The notes below the pieces were generated by a model. That model did not search any database. It was not told the DNA's origin and saw only the letters and a program-made list of their open reading frames with translations. From assembly GCA_946494015.1 (NCBI GenBank), contig CAMMBL010000003.1, positions 1-55,631 on the forward strand: a stretch of 55,631 bases of DNA, given 5' to 3'. The translations under genes were made by a program, and so were the position numbers. This DNA comes from an uncultured Mycoplasmatota bacterium (lineage in GTDB: Bacteria; Bacillota_I; Bacilli_A; RF39; UBA660). This document shows positions 37,924-47,476 of the stretch, piece after piece; position 1 is the stretch's first letter; each line of letters opens with the position of its first letter.

Positions 37924-39030
37924 CTAACTAAATACAATATTACTATTAAGTGGTACTACTTGGATCATTGTATTACCATCACTAACAACTAACTCATTAC
38001 CACTCTTATAATAATAATGAGTTTTATCAGTCCTAGAAGCTTTACTCCAAGTAATAGGAATAGCATAGCCATTAGTAATATAATATCCTTCCCCATTACC
38101 TACAGTATCTAAATCTTGTCTACCATAACTATCTAAAGTATGGTTATTAACTCTCATAATAATTATATTTTTATAATGATATTGTTTCCCACTATCTCTA
38201 TCAATATGTGGACTATTATTCATATAACGTAAATAATATCTATTAGTAGCATCATAAGTATAACTTCTAACCCCACTATTAGAATATGTCATAGTAATGT
38301 TATTAGCAGTTAATAAATCACTTGTATCATTAAATGCAACTTCATCAGTAGTATAATTTAAAAGACTATAATTATTACTAGTAATGCGATAATTTTTACT
38401 AGTAGCACTATCATATAAATTTTCTATACTAGTAAAAACATTATGAGGAGCAGCAATTTGATTATTACGATAATATCCATTATCATAAAGGCCATTTATA
38501 TTATTAACCCCTAAACTTTTAATATCATTTTCAGCATATGGACTCCATCCATAATGAGCATATATCGCATCACTCTCAAGGGCATAATCTAAAAAATAGT
38601 GTCTACTACTTCTAACTGGACCAATTACGCTAGTATTAATATCTTTAAAAATAGCCATTATTCTAGTTAGTCCACCTTCTACTATTATCTCATAAGTTAA
38701 ATAAGCATCTTGTAATCCTACATGAGCATTATTAAAAACATTATTATCAATCATAATAGCGATAGGTCGTTTATTACTATTAACATCATAAACAGTTAAA
38801 TCTTTCTTTTCTAAAGTCGAAACATCATCAATTTTTAATTTTTCTTTATTCTTAGGTTTACTATCATTAATAGATAATAAAAAATAGAAAATTCCTGTTA
38901 ATACCAAAAACAATAACAAACTAACTAAAATAACTATAATTAATTTCTTTTTTTTATTCTTAGGTTTAATTCTAGCATCTTTTAAAGACTTTGGCCTTCT
39001 CACAATTACCACCCAACTAAATTTTAGCAT
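37924..39030 (-). CDS. DUF3048 (YerB-like) membrane-anchored protein, copy 1
   Basis: RPIAIMIDN, GLQDAYLTYEIIVEGGLTR, GPVRSSRHYF, APHNVF. Confidence 0.9.
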   Translation of the reverse strand: MLKFSWVVIVRRPKSLKDARIKPKNKKKKLIIVILVSLLLFLVLTGIFYFLLSINDSKPKNKEKLKIDDVSTLEKKDLTVYDVNSNKRPIAIMIDNNVFNNAHVGLQDAYLTYEIIVEGGLTRIMAIFKDINTSVIGPVRSSRHYFLDYALESDAIYAHYGWSPYAENDIKSLGVNNINGLYDNGYYRNNQIAAPHNVFTSIENLYDSATSKNYRITSNNYSLLNYTTDEVAFNDTSDLLTANNITMTYSNSGVRSYTYDATNRYYLRYMNNSPHIDRDSGKQYHYKNIIIMRVNNHTLDSYGRQDLDTVGNGEGYYITNGYAIPITWSKASRTDKTHYYYKSGNELVVSDGNTMIQVVPLNSNIVFS

Positions 39031-39106
39031 ATAATAAAGAATTATTAAACTTTTATATAAAAATATTCTCAGTTAATTTATAACGAGAATATTTTTATTT
39101 ATATAA

Positions 39107-39328
39107 TTATTTTACAAGCTTTTTTACATAAGGACTTTCTACAGATTTATATCCCTTAAAAGACTCCATACTATTAACATCTTCTTTTCTATTTTGAAAA
39201 AAAATTAATTTATTAGCATTTTTTAATTCAATCTTATCGGCTTTATCAATACTTTTTACAACTTTACCTGACCTAGTCACACTAGTACCGGGCAAAGTCT
39301 TTTCTTTCATTTTATCTGCCATTCCCAT
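39107..39328 (-). CDS. Small hypothetical protein (73 aa)
   Basis: GGGAGG RBS; own downstream hairpin at about 39060-39095. Confidence 0.6.
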   Translation of the reverse strand: MGMADKMKEKTLPGTSVTRSGKVVKSIDKADKIELKNANKLIFFQNRKEDVNSMESFKGYKSVESPYVKKLVK

Positions 39329-39345
39329 AAACTAAAACCTCCCTA

Positions 39346-40398
39346 TTAATTAACAACTATATCTCTATCACTAGGCATAACTTGTATAAAAGTATTACCA
39401 TCACTAACCTCTATTTCATCCCCATTACTATAAGAATAAAGTGTCTTACCACTTCTTGAGTCTTTCTCCCAAGTAATAGGCATAGCATAACCATTAGTAA
39501 TATAATAACCAACTCCTGTACCTACAGTATCTAAATCTTGTCTACCATAATCATCAAGAGTACTATTATTAACTTTCATAATAATTATATTTTTATAATG
39601 ATATTGTTCTCCACTATCTCTATCAGTATGGGCAATTCCATTCATATAACGAAGATAATAACCATTATCACTATCATAAGTATAACTTCTAACTTCACTA
39701 TTAGAATAAGGTATTTCAATACTAGTTAAAGTACTTCCTTCTAATTCACAATTATCTCCATCACAATTTAATGATTTATCTATTTTTTCTAAGTCTACCT
39801 TGTTAGCTACAAAATTTAAATTTTCATAATTACTAGATGTCGTATCATAACCTAATTGTTTGGCCATCAAATACAAATTATCAATACTAGTAAAAACATT
39901 ATGAGGAGCGGCAATTTTATTATCACGATAAAATGCATCATCATAAAGACCGTTAATATTATCAACATCTAAAGATTTTATATCATTTTCAGCATATGTA
40001 CTCCAACCATAATGAGCATAAATTGCATCATTTTCAAGCGCATAATCTAAAAAGTAATGTCTACTACTACGAACTGGCCCTATTACAGTAGTATCAACAT
40101 CTTTATAAATAGCCATTATTCTAGTTAAACCACCCTCAACAATTATCTCATAAGTTAAATATGCATCTTGCAATCCTACTTGTTCATCATTTTCTACATT
40201 ATTATCAATCATAACAGCGATAGGCCGTTTATTACTATTAACATCATAAACTTTTAACTCTTGCTTTTCCTTGACTATAGGTATATCATTACCTAAATAA
40301 ACAAAATAATAATAAAAAGCTCCTGCTACTATTAAAAGTAAAATTATTATCATCACTACAATAATTTTTCTTTTTTTCTTTTTTTTCAAAAGTATCAT
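39346..40398 (-). CDS. DUF3048 (YerB-like) membrane-anchored protein, copy 2
   Basis: Same motifs as copy 1; long stretches of near-identical DNA shared with 37924-39030. Confidence 0.9.
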   Translation of the reverse strand: MILLKKKKKRKIIVVMIIILLLIVAGAFYYYFVYLGNDIPIVKEKQELKVYDVNSNKRPIAVMIDNNVENDEQVGLQDAYLTYEIIVEGGLTRIMAIYKDVDTTVIGPVRSSRHYFLDYALENDAIYAHYGWSTYAENDIKSLDVDNINGLYDDAFYRDNKIAAPHNVFTSIDNLYLMAKQLGYDTTSSNYENLNFVANKVDLEKIDKSLNCDGDNCELEGSTLTSIEIPYSNSEVRSYTYDSDNGYYLRYMNGIAHTDRDSGEQYHYKNIIIMKVNNSTLDDYGRQDLDTVGTGVGYYITNGYAMPITWEKDSRSGKTLYSYSNGDEIEVSDGNTFIQVMPSDRDIVVN

Positions 40399-40438
40399 CT
40401 CCTAATTACATTTTATCATAAATACTTCTAACTTAATA

Positions 40439-40467
40439 GAACTTTTTATAAAGTAAAACATAAAGTA
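40439..40467 (+). promoter_or_regulatory. Sigma-K/E-like sporulation promoter of cwlJ
   Basis: GAAC-16 nt-CATAAAGTA fits the AC-N16-CATAnnnTA mother-cell consensus. Confidence 0.45.
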
Positions 40468-40473
40468 TATTAG

Positions 40474-40914
40474 GTGATCAAAATGTCCCAAATAGTTCAA
40501 TATACAAATAAAGAATTAGATTTATTGGCAAGATTAATGAGAGCAGAAGCAGTTGGTGAAGGAGAATATGGTATGTTAATGGTTGGTAATGTAGGAGTAA
40601 ATAGAGTCCTTGCTAATTGTTATACTTTTAAAAAAATTAATACCATAACACAAATGGTTTATCAAAATCCTGGCGGTTTTGCTGGTATTAATAGTCCTCA
40701 ATTTACATCAGGATCTACTATTAAAGAACGTGAATTAGCTCAAAGAAATTTAAAAGGTGAATGCTACTATCCTGCTACTAATGCCCTATGGTTTTATGCT
40801 CCTGGAAGAAATAACAACTGTATTAGTACTTGGTATGATCAAGCACTAGCAGGAAGATTTAAAAATCACTGTTTTTATGCTCCTGATCCTAATATTTGTC
40901 CACCCCTTCACTAA
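40474..40914 (+). CDS. cwlJ: Spore cortex-lytic enzyme CwlJ (Hydrolase_2)
   Basis: LDLLARLMRAEAVGEGEYGMLMVGNVGVNRV.ANC, LWFYAP, WY.Q...RFKNHCFY.P...C closely follow B. subtilis CwlJ. Confidence 0.88.
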   Translation: MIKMSQIVQYTNKELDLLARLMRAEAVGEGEYGMLMVGNVGVNRVLANCYTFKKINTITQMVYQNPGGFAGINSPQFTSGSTIKERELAQRNLKGECYYPATNALWFYAPGRNNNCISTWYDQALAGRFKNHCFYAPDPNICPPLH

Positions 40915-40976
40915 AAATATATTGTCAAAATAAAATAAACTATGCTATAATGAATGTGTTCAAGAAATAAACCCAT

Positions 40977-41050
40977 AGGGGCGTGGTATAATGGTAGCAT
41001 AGGAGTCTCCAAAACTTTTGATGGGAGTTCGATTCTCTCCGCCCCTGCCA
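40977..41050 (+). tRNA. tRNA-Trp (CCA)
   Basis: AGGGGCG/CGCCCCT acceptor stem, CT-CCA-AA anticodon loop, TTCGATT T-loop, encoded 3' CCA; 74 nt. Confidence 0.95.
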
Positions 41051-41085
41051 TAAAAATAAACTCTACTAAGAGTGTTAATATAAAT

Positions 41086-41120
41086 AAAACCATGATTTTT
41101 ATAATAAGTCATGGTTTTTC
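41086..41120 (+). terminator. Terminator after tRNA-Trp
   Basis: AAAACCATGA ... TCATGGTTTTT hairpin. Confidence 0.6.
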
Positions 41121-41262
41121 ATTTAACAAAAAAAATTAGATAAAAAAGAATCTAGGAAAATATTCTAAATCTATTATATTAAGCTTATTAATTTATACAA
41201 TTATGAAAAAATACCAAAATATGGTACAATAACTTTATCCATAGCCTTTAAGGAGTGATAAA

Positions 41263-42744
41263 ATGAGTCAATTAAATTTTAGAACTTATCAAAGAAGAAA
41301 TGTAACTCGCGAAAGTGGTTACCACACTTGTAAAGAAACTACTGGTAGTGAATGTATAGTTATTCATGCTAATAGATGTAATATTAATCAAAATGAAATA
41401 TTCACCTTTAAAAAAAATAATTTACATCTTAAAAAAACATTTGGAAAAAATAGTAGTATTTTAGCTTTTGGAGGATATATATATTGTCAAAAAAGTATTA
41501 ATATTACATATGATCTATCATATATAAAAAACAAAAAAACATTTAATTATACTATTAACCAAACTACACCACTTAATGCAAATGATTGGAACAATATAGG
41601 ATTTCATAAATTAATTGAAATAGAAAATTACCCTTTATTAGAAAATATTATTATAAAAATGAAAATAGCAACACCTGATAATAACTATATAGATTTAATT
41701 GGTTTCGATATCAATATTATTGACAAAAGTGAATTTGAAGATGAAAAATTTGCTAAAAGTTTTTATCAAAAAACAAATATGCATATACCTCATATATATT
41801 ACTTAAACACAACCTTACCAATTAAAGAATATTTAATATCTAATCAACAATTTTCTAAAGGGCAACTAGTAGTATTAAAAAGTTGTAATAGATGTGGAAG
41901 ATTTTTACCAATAAATATAAAAAATGAAATAAATACTCTTGCTTTTTCATTACATTGTAAAAAGCAAGCACCTTGCAAACATTCAGCTTTTAAAGCATAT
42001 AAAATTCAAAATAAAATTAATAAACAAGAATTAATAGATTTTGGAATAAAAATAGAAAATGATAAAGTTATTAGTTATTATGGACATCAATTAGAATGTA
42101 AAGCTTGTAAAAAGTTCTTTGTAAATACTCCCCTTAATCCCCAAAGAAATGCCCAACAATTTAAAGAAGATGGACTACGACGTCGAGCTATTGAAATTTT
42201 AATAAATGAACTATTACACACTAACTTAATTCACTTTGAATTTGAAAAGAAAACAAGAAAACAATTTGCCGAATATATTTGGAATAAATTTGATCATAAG
42301 TGTTTTAAATGTAAAAAAGAATTAACCTTAAATGAAATGAACTTAGATCATACAATGCCCTTAGCCTATTTATATAGACTAGATGATACAGCAACATGTC
42401 TATGTTCTACCCATAATTCTCAAAAAAGTGATACTTTTCCAGTTGATTATTATTCTAAAGATGAGCTTATTGAGTTAAGTAAAATAACTGGATTACCTTT
42501 AAAAAAATTACAATCTAAAGAAATAAATAAAGAAGTGCTAAATTTATTAGTAAAAAATGTGGTATGGTTCTATGATGATTTTTTAATGCATCCTGAATAT
42601 CAGAAAAAACGTGATGGAATACTAACAGCTAATAAAATTAATGATTCCCTAAAACGAGTAATTGCTAATAAAGTTGATTTAGCTGAAGAATATAAAAAAA
42701 GAACTGGTCATTATCCAAGTTCTATTACAATTATAGAAAAATAA
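41263..42744 (+). CDS. HNH/zinc-finger type IIS restriction endonuclease, SapI/BspQI-like
   Basis: LKSCNRCGRFLPI, HQLECKACKK...NP.R, W.KF..KCFKC.K.L.L.E..LDHTMPLAYL..LD.TATCLC..HN..K.D.FPVDYYS follow the SapI pattern as recalled. Confidence 0.75.
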   Translation: MSQLNFRTYQRRNVTRESGYHTCKETTGSECIVIHANRCNINQNEIFTFKKNNLHLKKTFGKNSSILAFGGYIYCQKSINITYDLSYIKNKKTFNYTINQTTPLNANDWNNIGFHKLIEIENYPLLENIIIKMKIATPDNNYIDLIGFDINIIDKSEFEDEKFAKSFYQKTNMHIPHIYYLNTTLPIKEYLISNQQFSKGQLVVLKSCNRCGRFLPINIKNEINTLAFSLHCKKQAPCKHSAFKAYKIQNKINKQELIDFGIKIENDKVISYYGHQLECKACKKFFVNTPLNPQRNAQQFKEDGLRRRAIEILINELLHTNLIHFEFEKKTRKQFAEYIWNKFDHKCFKCKKELTLNEMNLDHTMPLAYLYRLDDTATCLCSTHNSQKSDTFPVDYYSKDELIELSKITGLPLKKLQSKEINKEVLNLLVKNVVWFYDDFLMHPEYQKKRDGILTANKINDSLKRVIANKVDLAEEYKKRTGHYPSSITIIEK

Positions 42745-42764
42745 TAGTACTTTGCTTAATACTA

Positions 42765-45143
42765 TTATTTTTTTATTAAAAACATAAATTCATGCTCTAC
42801 TGTATTACCCTTATCTTTTATTCCATGTTTTTCTATATTAGATACATTCTCTTTCCCAATATAAACTATATCAAAATATTTTGAAGCATATTTTTCTAAT
42901 TCACATGCCATATCTATTTTAGAAGTTTTCCCAAGATGTAAAATAACCTTACCATCTTTTTTTAATACTTTACTACACATTTTAAAAAAAGAATCATAAA
43001 CACTAAAATCTTTTTTTTGTTTTGAATCCAAAAATAATTGTTCAGCATCTTTAAAATGTTTTTTATCCCAACCACATAACCATAATCTCATCCAATTTTG
43101 CATATAAAATTTAATTGAATCAGCGAAGGGAGGAGAACAAATAATATAATCAACTTCTAAATTATATGAAACTATATTACTATAATCTCCATATATAGCT
43201 CTACCCTTTACGTAATTAGAAAAATCACCAGTTTTATATGCAGCATCTATTTTATCTTTTATATGCTTAATAACATTTTTATAAACAAACTCTCCTTTTG
43301 GTGCATAAGGAGTTAAAGAATGTGAAATTCTAGATAAAGCATAAGGTCTATTTCCATGTAAAACATGCATAAACGCTGATAATATAACAGCATCAGAAGA
43401 TGTAATATTATGTATATTTGTTAAAAAATATTCTCTTGCACATATTATTTCTCTAAAAGTATCTTCATGAAAATAGGCTGCTAAAGTCTTATTATAACCA
43501 AAATCTTTATTTTCTAAAATCTTTTGAGCTATCTTTTTCGTATCTTTATTTTTTAAAATATACTTATCTAACTTATCAAGTGCAATTTTTACTTCTTCAT
43601 AATCAGGTTTTTCTAATTTAGCTTTAGAAACAACAAAAGCCATTTCACTTAAATCATTACCAATACCAATTCTTCCTTGTAAACATGCTTCAAAAGGAAT
43701 AGTACCAACTCCTGATAAAGGATCTAAAACTATATCACCTTCTTCAGTAAAATCTTTTATTAAAAAATAAGCAATAGCTGGTTTTAATTTACCATGATAT
43801 GAACATAAAGAATGCCAAGGATGACCCCAATTTCTTCCTACATAAGGTTTATTTTTGTAAGGCATAATCTTAATAAAGTCCGTAGCTTTTTTTAAAAACT
43901 TTTGAGCTTCTTTATTATGTTCATCTACTAACTTATTCTTTTCTAATTTAAAGCGAAGAATTCTTTGCGATAAAACCATCTTATTTTTAGATCTCCTCTT
44001 TCTTAAAATGCTCTCATCATACTTAATAAACCCATAATTTTCACATATCTGAGATAAAATTTCATGAGTAGGAATATGTACTCCAGCAAATTGTGAATCA
44101 CCAATATCCATAATAAATATACCATTATCTTTAAGAGCAACTGACAATTTTTTAATAACAGTATCCATATCATTAAAATATCCAATTATCATTTTAACTA
44201 TTCTTTTATCATAGACAATAGGTTCTAACCTATCAACATATGGTTTAACAAAATCTAATGGAATAAAATTTTCATTTCTTTTTGAAACATTATTAATACC
44301 AGCGATAATACCTTTTGAATGAAAAAAAGGCATATTACTTTCATCAGTTATAAAATCATTAAGCTTCAACTCTAATTTTGTATTTCTAATATAATTAGTT
44401 CCATTTAAATAAGGAGGAGAGGTAATAACACAATCAAATAAATTTTCTTCACTAATATCCCTTGCATCTGGCTTTAATAAAGTTGTTTCACATTTTAAGG
44501 TATTACCATAATACTCAATATCATTAATAATACTTTCTAATTTTTTAATAAATAAATCTATAACACTATCTTTATTTTTTTTAATCATTTCTTTTTCAGT
44601 GGCATATCGCAAATCACCACGTCTAACAGTTTTAGAACTAGGTACAACAATAGAAGATAATGCTAACATCAAAATTTTTCTAGTATTTTCTTCTTTTACC
44701 TTAAAAATTTCTTTTTTAATTTGCAAAATTATATTTAATCTTTCTTCTTCAAAAAACTTTTCAAATCCTCCCCATTCAATATTTTTAATACTTTTAAAGT
44801 TCTTTTTTTCAATTTTATCTAAAAATTCTTTTAATAAAGTTGTCCCTATTTTTTCATTACATATTTTTCTTACACAATTAATTTTAGTGTCAATAACATT
44901 TAACATAAAAGGATTAGTCTCACTATAATATGATTTAATCCCTCGTTGACTTGCCACAAGGGGTGTTGTTCCTGTACCGGCAAAAGGATCATATATACAT
45001 TCAATCTTTTTATCTTTAATCATATCTAATTCATTTATAACCAAACATGCTGAATATCCTTCAACATAAGAATACCAATTATGAATAGGTTCTATTTTAT
45101 TTAATTCAAAAGTTCCCGCTTTTTTCAAATCTTCTTTTTTCAT
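42765..45143 (-). CDS. Fused tandem alpha-class amino-methyltransferase (two probable m4C domains)
   Basis: Domain 1 YDPFAGTGTT ... VITSPPY; domain 2 LDPLSGVGT ... IICSPPF; 792 aa; convergent with the endonuclease. Confidence 0.88.
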   Translation of the reverse strand: MKKEDLKKAGTFELNKIEPIHNWYSYVEGYSACLVINELDMIKDKKIECIYDPFAGTGTTPLVASQRGIKSYYSETNPFMLNVIDTKINCVRKICNEKIGTTLLKEFLDKIEKKNFKSIKNIEWGGFEKFFEEERLNIILQIKKEIFKVKEENTRKILMLALSSIVVPSSKTVRRGDLRYATEKEMIKKNKDSVIDLFIKKLESIINDIEYYGNTLKCETTLLKPDARDISEENLFDCVITSPPYLNGTNYIRNTKLELKLNDFITDESNMPFFHSKGIIAGINNVSKRNENFIPLDFVKPYVDRLEPIVYDKRIVKMIIGYFNDMDTVIKKLSVALKDNGIFIMDIGDSQFAGVHIPTHEILSQICENYGFIKYDESILRKRRSKNKMVLSQRILRFKLEKNKLVDEHNKEAQKFLKKATDFIKIMPYKNKPYVGRNWGHPWHSLCSYHGKLKPAIAYFLIKDFTEEGDIVLDPLSGVGTIPFEACLQGRIGIGNDLSEMAFVVSKAKLEKPDYEEVKIALDKLDKYILKNKDTKKIAQKILENKDFGYNKTLAAYFHEDTFREIICAREYFLTNIHNITSSDAVILSAFMHVLHGNRPYALSRISHSLTPYAPKGEFVYKNVIKHIKDKIDAAYKTGDFSNYVKGRAIYGDYSNIVSYNLEVDYIICSPPFADSIKFYMQNWMRLWLCGWDKKHFKDAEQLFLDSKQKKDFSVYDSFFKMCSKVLKKDGKVILHLGKTSKIDMACELEKYASKYFDIVYIGKENVSNIEKHGIKDKGNTVEHEFMFLIKK

Positions 45144-45214
45144 TGTTTTCCTTTACCCATCAAAAAATCAGTAATACTTTCTTTAATATGATATGATTTC
45201 AATAAATATCTCAT
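45140..45214 (-). CDS. 24-aa leader ORF overlapping the methyltransferase start (ATGA)
   Basis: AAGGAG RBS; MRYLLKSYHIKESITDFLMGKGKQ; its TGA overlaps the MTase ATG. Confidence 0.4.
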   Translation of the reverse strand: MRYLLKSYHIKESITDFLMGKGKQ

Positions 45215-45228
45215 TTTTAAGACTCCTT

Positions 45229-45248
45229 TTAGACTAAATACAGTCTAA
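45229..45248. promoter_or_regulatory. Palindrome TTAGACT-N6-AGTCTAA at the methyltransferase promoter
   Basis: Perfect 7-bp arms immediately downstream of a minus-strand TTGACG-18-TAAAAT promoter with extended -10 TG. Confidence 0.45.
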
Positions 45249-45290
45249 TTTTAGCACTGAAAATAACCCTTCGTCAATAAATTATAAGTA

Positions 45291-47474
45291 TTAAAAATCT
45301 TTTATTTTACTAAGTCTAAGTGAATTTAACACTACTGTTAAACTGCTAATTGTCATAGCAATACTTGCAAACATAGGACTCATACTTACTCCATAATTTT
45401 CAAATAAACCAATAGCGATAGGAATCATAAGTAAATTATAGAAAAAAGCCCAGAATAAATTCTCTTTAATTATAAGATATGCTTTTTTACTTATTTTAAT
45501 AAGATCTAAAATATTAGAAATATCATTATTCATAAGGATAACATCAGCAGAATCCATCGCTACATCAGTTCCATCATTAACACTTATACCAATAGTAGAA
45601 TTTACTAAGGCAGGAGCATCATTAATACCATCTCCTACCATTATTACTTTTCTACCTTTAGAAACTAAGTCTTTAATAGTACTTGCCTTCTTCTTTGGTA
45701 AGACATTAGAAATCACTTTAGTTATACCAAGTTCTTTGGCAATAATACTAGCCGTTATTTCATTATCTCCTGTTAACATTATTACTTCTATATTATTATC
45801 ATTAAATTTCTTAATTACATCTTTTATATTATCTCTAACTATATCTTTAACACCTATAAGACCAATAACTGTTTTATCTTCTATTACATAGATAATACTA
45901 CAACCATTATTTATTAGAGTAATATAATCTTCTTCATGACTATCTTTTATTTTTAAATCTTTTAATAAAGTATTATTTCCTAGATAATATTCTTTATTAT
46001 TAACACTTGCCTTAATTCCTTTACCATTTATTGTTTTAAAGTCAGTTACACCTAATTTCTTTTTAACTTTAAAAGCCGTACTAATAGGATGAGAGGAGTT
46101 CTTTTCAATATTAGATACAATATTAATTAAATCATAATCTTTATAGTTAGAGTAATTATAAGCTTTGAATATTTTCAAATTACCATAGGTAAGGGTTCCT
46201 GTTTTATCAAAGACAACTGTATCAATAGTTCTTGCTTTCTCCAAGACTTCACTATTTCTTAAGATTAAGCCTTTCTTAGCACATATTCCATTACTTACAA
46301 CTACAACAAGTGGTACGGCAAGTCCTAAAGCACAAGGACAAGCGACTACTAGGACTGTTACCATATGAATTAGTGCTTCATTTAAAGGTAGACCTATTAT
46401 TAGTTGAATAATAAATGTTAAAAAGGCAATGATTAAGATTACTGGAACAAAGATACCACTTACTTTATCGGCAATTCTTTGTATTTTTGTTTTGGTATTA
46501 GTAGATTCTACTACTAGTTTAACTATTTCAGAGATGGTAGAGTCTCTTCCTATTCTTTTAGCTTTATATTCAATAAGTCCATCATAACTAATAGAACCAG
46601 CGATAACAGTTGCACCTTTTTCTTTTAGGACAGGGGCACTTTCTCCTGTAATAAAGCTTTCGTTAACATAAGTCTTACCTTTAGTAACAATACCATCAAC
46701 AGCGATTTTCTCTCCTGCTTTACAAATTAGAGTATCCCCTACTTCTACTTCATCAATAGTTACTTTTAACTCTTTGTTATTCTTTTTAACTACAGCATAA
46801 CTTGGAGTTATTTGGACTAACTTTCTAATAGCATCTTTTGTTTTATCTTTACTAGAGTCTTCAATAACACGACCTAGTTTAATAAAATAGATAACCATAC
46901 AAGTAGATTCAAAATATAGATTATGAAGTAAAGTGTTATTTCCCCCTAATATATTTATATAATTGTAAAGACTATATAGAAAACTAAAGATAACACTAAA
47001 CATAACAAGGGTATCCATATTAGGCATCTTATGAAGTAAATTCTTTATACCGCTTTTTATAATGTCTAATCCATAGATTAAATAGACTAAAGTAATTATC
47101 AACATAGTTGTGGATAAAATAAGAGGGTAATTGTGATTAAGATAAGGTATACTTGGTAGGTTTAACATATTTCCCATAGATATATACATCATAAAGATAA
47201 TTAATAATCCCAAAAGAATTAATTTTATCTTATCATTTTTATTAGTAACTTTATCTTCTATGCCTTTAAACTCTCCTAGACTAGTAAAACCAGCTTCTTT
47301 AATATATCTTTCTATATCTTTAACTGTTATATTTTCATAGTAAATAGTAGCGATTGATAAGACTAAATTAACTGTCGCTTCTTTTACTCCCTCTTGTTTA
47401 TTTAGATACTTTTCAAGACCTGATGAACAGGCACTACAAGTCATTCCACCTATTTTTAAAACTATTTTTTTCAT
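45291..47474 (-). CDS. copA: Cu(I)-transporting P1B-1 ATPase
   Basis: N-terminal GMTCSAC, TGES, CPCALGLA, DKTGTLT, GDGINDAP, YN and MxxSS helices. Confidence 0.9.
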   Translation of the reverse strand: MKKIVLKIGGMTCSACSSGLEKYLNKQEGVKEATVNLVLSIATIYYENITVKDIERYIKEAGFTSLGEFKGIEDKVTNKNDKIKLILLGLLIIFMMYISMGNMLNLPSIPYLNHNYPLILSTTMLIITLVYLIYGLDIIKSGIKNLLHKMPNMDTLVMFSVIFSFLYSLYNYINILGGNNTLLHNLYFESTCMVIYFIKLGRVIEDSSKDKTKDAIRKLVQITPSYAVVKKNNKELKVTIDEVEVGDTLICKAGEKIAVDGIVTKGKTYVNESFITGESAPVLKEKGATVIAGSISYDGLIEYKAKRIGRDSTISEIVKLVVESTNTKTKIQRIADKVSGIFVPVILIIAFLTFIIQLIIGLPLNEALIHMVTVLVVACPCALGLAVPLVVVVSNGICAKKGLILRNSEVLEKARTIDTVVFDKTGTLTYGNLKIFKAYNYSNYKDYDLINIVSNIEKNSSHPISTAFKVKKKLGVTDFKTINGKGIKASVNNKEYYLGNNTLLKDLKIKDSHEEDYITLINNGCSIIYVIEDKTVIGLIGVKDIVRDNIKDVIKKFNDNNIEVIMLTGDNEITASIIAKELGITKVISNVLPKKKASTIKDLVSKGRKVIMVGDGINDAPALVNSTIGISVNDGTDVAMDSADVILMNNDISNILDLIKISKKAYLIIKENLFWAFFYNLLMIPIAIGLFENYGVSMSPMFASIAMTISSLTVVLNSLRLSKIKDF

Positions 47475-47476
47475 AC

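Noticed and set aside
40911-41139. ORFs 40911-41093 (-) and 40954-41139 (+)
   Set aside because: They overlap tRNA-Trp and its terminator.
41050-45290. Integrative island with attL/attR duplication of the tRNA-Trp 3' end
   Set aside because: No copy of the tRNA 3' end (TTCGATTCTCTCCGCCCCTGCCA) was seen after the RM genes, and there is no integrase.
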